This document shows positions 38,263-47,213 of a stretch of DNA of 64,000 nt, piece by piece. The notes beneath the pieces are model-generated. The model made no database searches, was not told the DNA's origin, and saw only the letters and a program-made list of their open reading frames with translations. Source of the DNA: a virus; the IMG/VR virus record IMGVR_UViG_3300042862_000066, positions 55,398 to 119,397 of that record; one strand, written 5' to 3'. Numbering within the stretch: the first letter of the stretch is position 1; every line of letters begins with the position of its first letter. Both the position numbers and the translations under genes were made by a program.

Positions 38263-38484
38263 ATGAAAAACTTATTGAAATTCTTTAAAGCGATTACTAT
38301 CACTAGCGTAATCTACATGACCATCGTAACGGTTCCAGCATTAATCGGTTGCCTCTTCACGAGAAGCTTCTCTACATATGACAGTTGTATGGAAGCACCT
38401 GATTACATGGCAGGAATGTCGTTCGTATCTCTAATAGGTATAATAGCCTTTTGGTTATATGATGCAGAAAGTAGAAACAACTAA
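38263..38484 (+). CDS. Small two-TM membrane protein
   Basis: Two hydrophobic helices. Confidence 0.55.
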   Translation: MKNLLKFFKAITITSVIYMTIVTVPALIGCLFTRSFSTYDSCMEAPDYMAGMSFVSLIGIIAFWLYDAESRNN

Positions 38485-38492
38485 TAACGCTT

Positions 38493-38606
38493 ATGATAAC
38501 ACTAATGGTATTACCTAACTTCAAGGGGAGTCTTGGAGATTGGATTAAAGCAACGATAACATGTCTAGCATTAGATGCTATATACATCGTTCCTATGTGC
38601 TTATAA
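38493..38606 (+). CDS. 37-aa hydrophobic microprotein, not in ORF track
   Basis: MITLMVLPNFKGSLGDWIKATITCLALDAIYIVPMCL*, stop abuts the terminator. Confidence 0.4.
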   Translation: MITLMVLPNFKGSLGDWIKATITCLALDAIYIVPMCL

Positions 38607-38636
38607 GAAGAGAGGGGTAATGCCCCTTTCTTTTTT
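38607..38636 (+). terminator. Intrinsic terminator (repeat copy 3)
   Basis: GAAGAGAGGGGT AAT GCCCCTTTC TTTTTT. Confidence 0.8.
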
Positions 38637-38654
38637 AATTAAATTTATAACATT

Positions 38655-38873
38655 ATGAACGAACAGAGAATCCTCATCACAGAAGATGAAGCCTTAGGGC
38701 AGAACACAACCTTATCAGAATTGGTAAAGGCTAAGGAAGCAGAAGGTTATGTAGTCAGTCATGACTATATGCATGAAGCAGTAGGAAAGGTAGTCGTTAT
38801 GAAGCATAAGTCCTTTATGGATAAACAGCTAACACATCGAGACTATGTAGAGAAAGCAAAACGTGGTTGGTAA
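38655..38873 (+). CDS. Small hypothetical protein
   Basis: 72 aa with AT-rich leader; terminator at ~38885-38917. Confidence 0.55.
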   Translation: MNEQRILITEDEALGQNTTLSELVKAKEAEGYVVSHDYMHEAVGKVVVMKHKSFMDKQLTHRDYVEKAKRGW

Positions 38874-39112
38874 TTCATAGGTAGAGAAGTAACGGGGGAA
38901 ACCCTGTTGCTTTTTTTCGTGACATAAAACTATCAAAGAGCTGTTCTCTCCCTTCTTATTTTGCCCATTCCTCGATTGAATACATAGGTTACTATCATCC
39001 GCGATTCCTCCTCCTGACTCCTCCTACTACAACGACGGTTTCCTCACATCTTATTTTTATGCCCTTTTCTCATTTAATTAATATTTAACCCTTAAAACAT
39101 CAAGAAAACGCT

Positions 39113-39571
39113 ATGAGCACAAACAACCAAACCCTTCGCCTTGAAATCGGATTTAAAGGCCAATTCAGCAGAACTAACGAAGAGACAGGCAAGACCTACA
39201 AAACTCGCTTCTTCTACGTGATGCCTAACAACGACCCTTTGGCTATCGAGCAGTATAAAGCCGATACAACAAAGTCGGGAAACAACGTAATTGTCGACGA
39301 CGTAACGGGATTAGTCCTATTCCGTACAACACGATTCTTCCCTGCGGGTTGCGACGTCATCAGAACCAAGAACGGTGATTGGGTCGCAGACACAGACATC
39401 GTTGACGAGATCGAAGCGTTAACCAAGCGCTATCCGTCACAAGCCGAGAAATTGCAGAAGAAACTTGACGAGAAAGTCGAGAGAATCGGACGTAAGATAA
39501 AGGCGCTGAAAGGAACCGAAGAATCCGTAGAAACGACGGAAGAATCGGTAGACGTGGACCCATTCGCATAA
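39113..39571 (+). CDS. Early protein, paralog A (acidic tail ending VDPFA)
   Basis: Similar to 39960..40382; terminator at ~39588-39627. Confidence 0.65.
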   Translation: MSTNNQTLRLEIGFKGQFSRTNEETGKTYKTRFFYVMPNNDPLAIEQYKADTTKSGNNVIVDDVTGLVLFRTTRFFPAGCDVIRTKNGDWVADTDIVDEIEALTKRYPSQAEKLQKKLDEKVERIGRKIKALKGTEESVETTEESVDVDPFA

Positions 39572-39959
39572 TCACTAACTAAATCTGAAAACATTACGGC
39601 TAACCCCGTGATGTTTTCTTTTTTTTTCCTCGACAAGACCAATAGTGTACCACGAGTCCTGTCATTAACCTTGTCCTAAACTGTTATCTTAACTTTATTA
39701 ACCGATGCACAGACTTGTCAACGCTATTGAACTTGATTTACTATCATCACAACTCTAGGTTCTCCTCCTACCGCCGCAATTGATCGAGAAATCCTACCGG
39801 ACTGGTCACTATTGGCCATCGATGAAATACCAGTATTAACGGGAAATCTTAATCTTATCTCCTGTTATCGCACTCCTTATTTTTATGCCCATCTCTTATC
39901 TAATGCATTCCTTCCAAGTTATGCACGATAAATCATTATTAATCTTTAATTTTTAACAA

Positions 39960-40382
39960 ATGAACATTAGTTTCAGCAACAGCTACCCTAAGCGTAGCGC
40001 AAAGACAGGTAAATTGGTAGACGTATTCGTATACCACGTTATGGGCACTGCCCTAGAGTTGGCCGACTATAAAAAGGCAAAGGGCGAGCAGTATCGCGAG
40101 GACCAAGATTCAGGACAGCCATTGTTCTATTCTGTTAACTATGTAGGCGAGAACTGCCCACTAATCATTACTACTAACGGTAATGTAGTAGCAGATACCA
40201 GTATGATGCGCAAGGCTAACAACCTTATCGCTAGTAATTCGTTCTTAAAGGACGAAGTTTCACGTTTAATCGTGGAGCAACTAGGTCTTACCCGTATGGG
40301 CGGAGCAAGTTCTACAGTAAACAGTACTGCGACAGCGCAAGTAACTGAATCTGAGGACGTTGACCCGTTTAAGGAGGACTAA
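39960..40382 (+). CDS. Early protein, paralog B (acidic tail ending VDPFKED)
   Basis: Shares TGK..., YK, D..G..LF, NG..VADT and VDPF with 39113..39571. Confidence 0.65.
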   Translation: MNISFSNSYPKRSAKTGKLVDVFVYHVMGTALELADYKKAKGEQYREDQDSGQPLFYSVNYVGENCPLIITTNGNVVADTSMMRKANNLIASNSFLKDEVSRLIVEQLGLTRMGGASSTVNSTATAQVTESEDVDPFKED

Positions 40383-40718
40383 TTAGAGAGGCAGAGAAGG
40401 GGACAGGCAGTCATTGTCTGTTCCCTAACCTCTTGATTATCAGTAGAAATGGCATATAGATGATGGAAGGATATAGCAATCAGGGGTGGTCGTTAACTAT
40501 TCTTACTATCATCGCCATTCTCTACCTAATCAGTTTTATTTATTTATTCTTTAACACTTATACCCTTATGGAAAAGAAGAATTGGATTTACATTTGTCAT
40601 TATGGTAGAGGTACGACTAGTATCTCCGATCCTATGACGTTAGATGAGGCCTGGGCCTGTCTAGAAGTTGTGGTTAAGAATAACCGCGATTGTATTAACG
40701 CTCAAATACTATGTATCA

Positions 40719-40973
40719 ATGAGTAAGTTCATTAGTGATAACGAGAAGAACCTTAATCTCTTTGAGAGACTTAATGGTAGATTACCACAGACAGGCGAAG
40801 AGTTCGCTAACTTCTGTGAGTATGTAAGTCAGGCAAGTATCTCTTCACGTGGCGGTAATATAGAAGATTCCTTTATGGAAGAACATATACGCCAAATGGA
40901 AGAAGATTATTACCGCAATCTTAACGAAGCCGACTTTTGGGACGGCGATGAGACTGACAAGATTCAGTATTGA
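40719..40973 (+). CDS. Acidic hypothetical protein
   Basis: Probable start MSKFISDNE. Confidence 0.5.
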   Translation: MSKFISDNEKNLNLFERLNGRLPQTGEEFANFCEYVSQASISSRGGNIEDSFMEEHIRQMEEDYYRNLNEADFWDGDETDKIQY

Positions 40974-40976
40974 TAT

Positions 40977-41290
40977 TGTTACGACGGTCCCGAAACGAAT
41001 ACAACAGTCTAATTAAAAAGGACAATGTGGTAATCGTCGTAACATAACCTATCTTATGTCAATTGAAGTATAGTTCAGCACTATAACTAACAATTACTGG
41101 TTAAACACTATTCTGTTTGACGTAAGATAACCGCACATTAAAGAATGATCCAGCACTGTAAAACACAAATACAAATGCTAATGGTTGGGACTTAATCCAT
41201 ACCAAAGAGACGGTAGGCCACAACAAGTTGACTTGTTAGGCTCTCTCATTCTGTCGTATGTGCAAAGCCTAGTAGTGATACTAGTGGCCT
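40977..41290 (+). ncRNA. Array of three end-paired structured RNA elements plus a GNRA hairpin (Y-RNA-like candidates)
   Basis: Stems: TGTTACGACG(40977)/CGTCGTAACA(41044); TATCTTATGTCAA(41050)/TTGACGTAAGATA(41129); GCACAT..AGAATGA(41133)/TCATTCT..ATGTGC(41263); CTAGTA-GTGA-TACTAG (41269-41284). No ORF here. Confidence 0.6.
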
Positions 41291-41329
41291 GCCACTCTAA
41301 ATTAATGTTTAACCAAAACCTTTAAAATT

Positions 41330-42733
41330 ATGAGCAATTTCGCTGATGCGATGTTTTCTAACGACAGTCTTACCAATAACGGCGCAGTTACACATAGTAC
41401 TGCAGGTAATTTCTGTCTTGACCTGTTCTTTATAGCAGGTGCGAGCCGTACGATGTCCGAAGAGGATATCACAAAAGCATTTATCCGTGCTTATCGTGAA
41501 GATAAGAACGTAGCCCTCAAGATTCTATTTTGGGCAAGAGATGCTCGTGGTGGTGCAGGAGAGAAGAGATTCTTTCAGGTAATTATGCGAAGTCTTTTAG
41601 TAGCGGATCCCGATGTATACGATCAGGTAGCCATCCATATACCAACTTTTGGTTATTGGAAGGATATCTTTATCATCGAGAGACCTACCGAAGATACTCT
41701 CAATTGGTTGAAGCATCAACTAGATGAGAATGAGAACGCTAACCTATTAGCCAAGTGGTTTCCACGTAATGGCGAATGGTTTGTCGGGATGCATAAGTAT
41801 CTAAAAGTATCAGCAGGTACATTCAGAAGAAGATTAACTTCTATGTCTAATACCGTAGAGCAGAAGATGTGTGCTAACGAATGGGAAACCATATCGTATA
41901 GTAAAGTACCTTCTGTTGCAGGTAAGACATACTCCAAGACTTTTCATAAGCACGATGGTATAAGATATCAGTCTTATATTAGCGATGTTATGGACGGTAA
42001 GGAGAAGATGAATGCTTCGGTATTATTTCCAAGTGATCTTGTTAACAAGATTACAAATATCAATTGGGGCGAAGAGGAAGACGCAAGAGCATATGATGCT
42101 ATGTGGAAGTCTTTGCCTAATTATATGGAAGGATGTACTGAACGTATCTTACCTGTCTGCGATGTATCAGGTAGTATGATGGGACAACCTATGGAAGTGT
42201 CTATCGGGTTAGGTTTGTATATCTCTGAACGTAACGAAGGTCCTTTTAAGGATTTAGTACTAACGTTTAGTGAGAAACCACAGTTCCATATGATACAAGG
42301 TGATACTCTTTCAGAGAGAGTAGTTAACTTGCGTCAAGCGGATTGGGGTATGAATACAGACCTGATTAAAACATTCAATGTGTTACTAGACCGTGCAGTT
42401 GCAGGTAAAGTAGCACAAGAAGATATGCCAACCAAGTTACTGATTATCAGTGATATGGAGTTTGACCAAGCCTGTGGTAGTCGTACTAACTTTGATATAA
42501 TCAAAGAAGCGTATGCACAATGGGGTTATCAAATGCCGGGTATAATCTTTTGGAATGTTAACGGTCGTCTCGGTAATGTACCAGTTAAGGCTAACACAAT
42601 AAATACTGCCCTTGTTAGCGGGTTTAGTCCGAGTATTATTCGGTCTATATTAGGAGGTGACGAACTGTCGCCACTAGCGGTTATGATGAAGACTATTAAC
42701 GCCGACAGGTACAAGTGTATTAGCGTCGGGTAA
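41330..42733 (+). CDS. TROVE/Ro60-like protein with C-terminal vWA domain (DUF2828-type)
   Basis: TNNGA..STAGN.CLDLFF, WARDARGGAGEK, GYWKD, LAKWFPR, VEQKMC..W..I.YS.VPSVA; vWA MIDAS DVSGSM, LTFS, WGMNTD, ISDMEFD, IIFWNV, VSGFSP. Confidence 0.85.
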   Translation: MSNFADAMFSNDSLTNNGAVTHSTAGNFCLDLFFIAGASRTMSEEDITKAFIRAYREDKNVALKILFWARDARGGAGEKRFFQVIMRSLLVADPDVYDQVAIHIPTFGYWKDIFIIERPTEDTLNWLKHQLDENENANLLAKWFPRNGEWFVGMHKYLKVSAGTFRRRLTSMSNTVEQKMCANEWETISYSKVPSVAGKTYSKTFHKHDGIRYQSYISDVMDGKEKMNASVLFPSDLVNKITNINWGEEEDARAYDAMWKSLPNYMEGCTERILPVCDVSGSMMGQPMEVSIGLGLYISERNEGPFKDLVLTFSEKPQFHMIQGDTLSERVVNLRQADWGMNTDLIKTFNVLLDRAVAGKVAQEDMPTKLLIISDMEFDQACGSRTNFDIIKEAYAQWGYQMPGIIFWNVNGRLGNVPVKANTINTALVSGFSPSIIRSILGGDELSPLAVMMKTINADRYKCISVG

Positions 42734-42813
42734 TACTATATGAAATACGGGGGTCACAACGGTGGCTCCCTATTTCTTTTAATCAAATTAAATCAACTTA
42801 AAAATTTACAGAA

Positions 42814-43260
42814 ATGACAAAGAATTACGACTTTTATAGAGAAGAAAATGTGACGGTATTGAATGGTATACCTATCCTTGAATGGATTGGTAAGAAGCAA
42901 GACCGTTGGTATATTGACCTACCAGAATGGAAGGGTCCGAAGGCTAACCTCGAGATGGTAGCAGGTGCAGATGACCTATTAGATTTCTTATCTCGTGGTG
43001 TAGACCGCGTTAACATAACGTTTGCTGACGAGAAAATAGATAATGGCTTTGCCTTAAAGCATATAGGTGGTGGTGTCTACGAAGTAGATATGGCTACAGA
43101 TGCTGACATATCTAAGGCTCCTAAAAGTATTTGGTTATGTGACGTAACAAGATTCATCTTCGAAGGTGAATATCCTGATATGATTTATTTCCGAGTAGAC
43201 GAGGACAGAGTTCGCGAAGACTTACGTGCTAAACTTACGGCTAAACTTGTTAAATCATAA
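42814..43260 (+). CDS. Hypothetical protein (DUF6717-like)
   Basis: WYIDLPEWKGPKANLEMVAGADDLLD...IWLCDVTRFIF. Confidence 0.6.
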   Translation: MTKNYDFYREENVTVLNGIPILEWIGKKQDRWYIDLPEWKGPKANLEMVAGADDLLDFLSRGVDRVNITFADEKIDNGFALKHIGGGVYEVDMATDADISKAPKSIWLCDVTRFIFEGEYPDMIYFRVDEDRVREDLRAKLTAKLVKS

Positions 43261-43264
43261 TCTT

Positions 43265-43576
43265 ATGAGTAAGACAAAGAATAGCGAAGAGTTTCAGCGT
43301 ATGATGGACGAGCAGGAGCTCGCAGGATCATTTGCCTATCAGGAAAAAGAAGCAGAGTATATAGCAATGCAGAATGATTTGGCAAGAGAACACGCCCTAC
43401 ATAAGGCTAAACATTACTATGACCTAGCAACACGAGACCTCGTGTTAGCACAGGATAAGTATATGGAAGCAACAGCAAATTTATTAGATTTCTTAAACGA
43501 TGACTATGACACAGATAGACAAGATGTACAGGATAACCCTAATAGAGGATATCAACAAGATCAAGAGATTCGTTAA
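43265..43576 (+). CDS. Hypothetical coiled-coil protein
   Basis: Probable start MSKTKNSE. Confidence 0.45.
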   Translation: MSKTKNSEEFQRMMDEQELAGSFAYQEKEAEYIAMQNDLAREHALHKAKHYYDLATRDLVLAQDKYMEATANLLDFLNDDYDTDRQDVQDNPNRGYQQDQEIR

Positions 43577-43982
43577 AGATGAAGTCTTGACGGTCGAGGA
43601 GTTCGATGAACTTTACGATAGAGATATCGAGGAGTTAGAGATGATCCTTGCGATCAATAGCAGATTTGTACAATACAGTCCCCTCACGTAGGGGATTGTA
43701 TTTGTATTCTGTTTTTTTGTGTTACTATCATCACCATCTGTAGCTCATCCTACCGTAAAAATTTATAATCAAATGTTCAAACTAATCTTTTTTTTATACG
43801 TGCTCACAGGAAAAGTCGAGAAAAATGAATCTGGTCTCTACGATGTCCATACTAATACAAGTTCGGTAATCGAATCTGCTTGTAAGTATGAGGTCATACA
43901 GTGGATAAAGACCAAGGAGTTTAAGTACGACGATAACCTATGTGAAGCCGGAGAAATTCAATAACCTTTTATAATAACCCTT

Positions 43983-44138
43983 ATGAAAAAATCAAACTTT
44001 TATATACTGCTTTACTTTACAGTAATTACAGCAGTCGCATTGTTAACATCTTGTGCAACTACTACACATAGTTGTGAAGATGCTTTTAAACCAAAGATCC
44101 GTGAGAATTATAATTCTCGTGGTACTAATTGGTGGTAA
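43983..44138 (+). CDS. Small lipoprotein, not in ORF track
   Basis: MKKSNFYILLLLTVITAVALLTSC ATT...; signal peptide II with LTSC lipobox. Confidence 0.6.
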   Translation: MKKSNFYILLYFTVITAVALLTSCATTTHSCEDAFKPKIRENYNSRGTNWW

Positions 44139-44165
44139 ACTAAGTTCAATTTAAAAAACCAATCT

Positions 44166-44939
44166 ATGACAAGAGTTTATATTGAGGACCAACCTATGGT
44201 CGCTCGTGAGAAATTTGAAGAACTTAAGAATGCTCCATTAGCAGAGCAGAGATTTAAGTTTTATGGTAATGACGTTTCCGGGTATCATGACATTAGTAGG
44301 GCAGAGACTGATACACATGTATACTGGTCATCTACTATGCATGCTCCTAAATGGAATCCGAAGAGCGGAATTTATCTTAAGAAAGATTCCGATTCAGGTT
44401 GTACTTATGATAAGACAACTAAGAAGTTTAAGTTTTGGTTTGGCAAGCAAATTATATTTGGTAAGCCAGAGATGTATCAAGACATGTGTAAATACTTTGG
44501 AGCTGAATGGTTTTTAAGTGAGACACAGGGTTTACGATCAAGTACTACCAATTCTGTTTTTGCTAAGGTGTTGCTAGGTAAGATTACTACTACTGATGAA
44601 TTGATCAAAAGTATTATTAAAACTAATCCTATGCTTCGTAACTATAACCTTGATACCAATAAGATATATGCTTATGTATCTTCAGGACATCATAATCGTA
44701 TTCAAGCAATCGCTGATTACGTAGATGTTGCTAAAGATCTTAATGTTTTACTAGATATCTTATCTGATGCAAATTATGGTATGTCCTGGGATATGCAGGC
44801 TCTTGTAAGAAATGCAAGAATGCTTAATCGTAAGATAGATTTTAGTTGGAGTCAGTCTACTATCGATCTTAAACGTGAGGAATGGACAAGAGATGTAGAA
44901 ACCATTAGAGAAGAATGGCTACCGCTATTAGCTTTTTAA
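44166..44939 (+). CDS. Hypothetical protein
   Basis: 257 aa with AAAAACCAATCT leader. Confidence 0.6.
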   Translation: MTRVYIEDQPMVAREKFEELKNAPLAEQRFKFYGNDVSGYHDISRAETDTHVYWSSTMHAPKWNPKSGIYLKKDSDSGCTYDKTTKKFKFWFGKQIIFGKPEMYQDMCKYFGAEWFLSETQGLRSSTTNSVFAKVLLGKITTTDELIKSIIKTNPMLRNYNLDTNKIYAYVSSGHHNRIQAIADYVDVAKDLNVLLDILSDANYGMSWDMQALVRNARMLNRKIDFSWSQSTIDLKREEWTRDVETIREEWLPLLAF

Positions 44940-45037
44940 GGGTGAGAAGTAGATAAGACCTAATACATCGCAGGAGTGTCAATTCTCCTGCTTTGTAGTT
45001 AGGGTATTCAATTTGTATCAATTTAAAAACCAATAGA

Positions 45038-45361
45038 ATGGCTAAAGTCACAAAAGAACGCGTTACTAATATATGTAAGCGAGTTAATGATGATATGAAA
45101 CCCAGTTATGCCACAAGGGCAGAAGGATTAGGTGGAGAATACCTAATTGCGTTAAAGAAATCAGGCATCTTACATAAAGATGACCAAGGAAATTGGAAAG
45201 GTATGGTGAAGATTCATTCTTCTAGATTTGATTCGTTTCTTGAACATCGCGGAAACTATACAAAAAGAGTTTCCAGTATAAGTCCTGTAAAGAAACAAGT
45301 TAAAGAAGTTGTAGTTAAAGTAGGGTTCTTTAAAAGAATCTGGAAGAGTATCTTCGGTTAA
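45038..45361 (+). CDS. Basic hypothetical protein with amphipathic C-terminal helix (GFFKRIWKSIFG)
   Basis: MinD-like membrane-targeting tail pattern. Confidence 0.5.
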   Translation: MAKVTKERVTNICKRVNDDMKPSYATRAEGLGGEYLIALKKSGILHKDDQGNWKGMVKIHSSRFDSFLEHRGNYTKRVSSISPVKKQVKEVVVKVGFFKRIWKSIFG

Positions 45362-45579
45362 TTATTTCTGCCAAGAGCTTGTATCCTTAGATGGGTCTTC
45401 TCTTGTTCGGCAGCCATAATAGCCATAATACCGCGTAATTCTTCATAAGTAAGTTCTATAACAAGATCTTCCTCGTTGTCAAGTACTTGTATTACTCGCG
45501 CGTCTATATAAATGTTAGCCTCTATCTGTTCATCAGAATGAGGTACTTGGTATGTGCCTGCTTTTATAAACGTTGCCAT
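45358..45579 (-). CDS. Small hypothetical protein (inverted island)
   Basis: Directly follows the phosphoesterase on the minus strand. Confidence 0.55.
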   Translation of the reverse strand: MATFIKAGTYQVPHSDEQIEANIYIDARVIQVLDNEEDLVIELTYEELRGIMAIMAAEQEKTHLRIQALGRNN

Positions 45580-45581
45580 AG

Positions 45582-46580
45582 TTATGATACTATACCATCG
45601 ATGATTATCTTATTATCTACTGAAAAGGATCCGTCCTTTTCGATCTTAACTACAGCAAATCCGTGTACCCAATCGCTGTGTCCTTTCATATACTCAGGAT
45701 ATAACTCGCATAAACAACCTGTACTCCAAGCGCCTTGGATATTATTGTTAATGTCTCTTGTTATAAATTCTGATTTTCTATGGAAGTGACCGCATATGGT
45801 ACTCGCTTTTGCTTTTAAGTAAAGATTACGCGCGGGATTAACAGTTCCTCCTCCCAAGTATTCATGACCGTGGATAATGTTAAGATTACCGGCCTTGATG
45901 GTAGAAGAAGATTCGATTAACTGTATTTGATTTTCTCCAAAGCGGAGTAACATCTTCAGTTCAAACTCGTCCATTCCTATCCATTCAGGTGCTTTAATTC
46001 TTAGCCATTTTTCTAAACGGTCCTCGTGGTTACCAATCTTGTAATAGATTCTAGCTTTAGGGAATGCTGTACGCAGTGCTTTCATAAACCATCTACCTTG
46101 TTCAAGTTCTACTTGCATCTTAGGTTTAGAAGGGTCCTTGTCAAACCGTGACAGCTGGTAGAAATCTAAAACATCCCCGTTAAGAAGTATTGTATTAACT
46201 TCTTCCTTGATTCCGTATTGAATAGCACTACCAAGAGCTTCTTCATCATGATAAGGGAAGTGTATATCAGAAAGAACAAGAATATGATTGGCATCATCTG
46301 GCAATACAAAGTCATTAGGTCCAGACTTATATGACTTTGGTATATCATTAAAGGGTGCATAGTTATATGTAATAGGTCTCTGTAACTCAGGGTCTACGGT
46401 TTTTCTAGTAAGCTTACCTGCTAGTCCAGCATGTGTTTTAAGTAATGAACGCGCATGATCTACACTATTAAAGTGCATGTCATTCTCAGCGAGCATAATC
46501 TTAGCAATGGTTTGGATTGGAAGTTTAGGATACTTCTTAAGATACTCTTTAGCGAGTTTACCAGTAGCAGTTAGCTTCAT
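45582..46580 (-). CDS. Calcineurin-like metallophosphoesterase
   Basis: SDIHFP, LNGDVLDF, IGNHE, IHGHE and CGHFH motifs. Confidence 0.85.
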   Translation of the reverse strand: MKLTATGKLAKEYLKKYPKLPIQTIAKIMLAENDMHFNSVDHARSLLKTHAGLAGKLTRKTVDPELQRPITYNYAPFNDIPKSYKSGPNDFVLPDDANHILVLSDIHFPYHDEEALGSAIQYGIKEEVNTILLNGDVLDFYQLSRFDKDPSKPKMQVELEQGRWFMKALRTAFPKARIYYKIGNHEDRLEKWLRIKAPEWIGMDEFELKMLLRFGENQIQLIESSSTIKAGNLNIIHGHEYLGGGTVNPARNLYLKAKASTICGHFHRKSEFITRDINNNIQGAWSTGCLCELYPEYMKGHSDWVHGFAVVKIEKDGSFSVDNKIIIDGIVS

Positions 46581-46901
46581 GTATTGTGGATATCTTATAC
46601 AAGATTAAGGATAATTCGTTGATTATCCAACTTTTAACAAAATTTTAATATGAGTAGTGAGCAAGATAAGAGAGTTGTCTACATGGGCAACTTTGACAGA
46701 TTTAAGAAAGAGACGCAGGTTAAGCATGCGGATTTACTAGAGCAATTAGTTATGCACAAGAAGGTGTTGAAAACTGTAGTTATTATGACAGCAGTCAGTT
46801 CCTTGTTGAGTATTGTAGCATTAGCTATATAATTAAACTTTAGTTTGTATACCTTCTTGATTTTCTTGTGAAAGTTTAGTAAGGACCCTACCTTTGATAT
46901 A

Positions 46902-47183
46902 ATGTACTACCAATTACCAAACGGAAAGACTATCTGGCTGGATATCAGCGATGTACTGAGCCTTACGGATCAGGACGTTAGAGATCTTGTCTCTATGAAT
47001 ATTGGTGAGCATGTACATAATCCATGGAAAGGTTCTTCTATTAATCTAAAAGAAGAAAAAGACAAAGAAGATGATGAGGATGATGAGGAAGATCCCGAGA
47101 TTGATTACTACTACAAAGAGTACTATCCGGATGAATTCCCCGATGATCCTGACGAGTTAGATCTCAGTGTAGATCTAGAGTAA
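46902..47183 (+). CDS. Highly acidic small protein
   Basis: D/E-rich C-terminal half; TACCTTTG at 46889-46896 just upstream. Confidence 0.55.
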   Translation: MYYQLPNGKTIWLDISDVLSLTDQDVRDLVSMNIGEHVHNPWKGSSINLKEEKDKEDDEDDEEDPEIDYYYKEYYPDEFPDDPDELDLSVDLE

Positions 47184-47213
47184 TTAGTTCCAATTTTTAA
47201 AATTTAAATCAAA

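Noticed and set aside
40977-41290. tRNA genes or a CRISPR mini-array
   Set aside because: No cloverleaf with TTC-loop and 7-nt anticodon loop; elements are not identical repeats with uniform spacers
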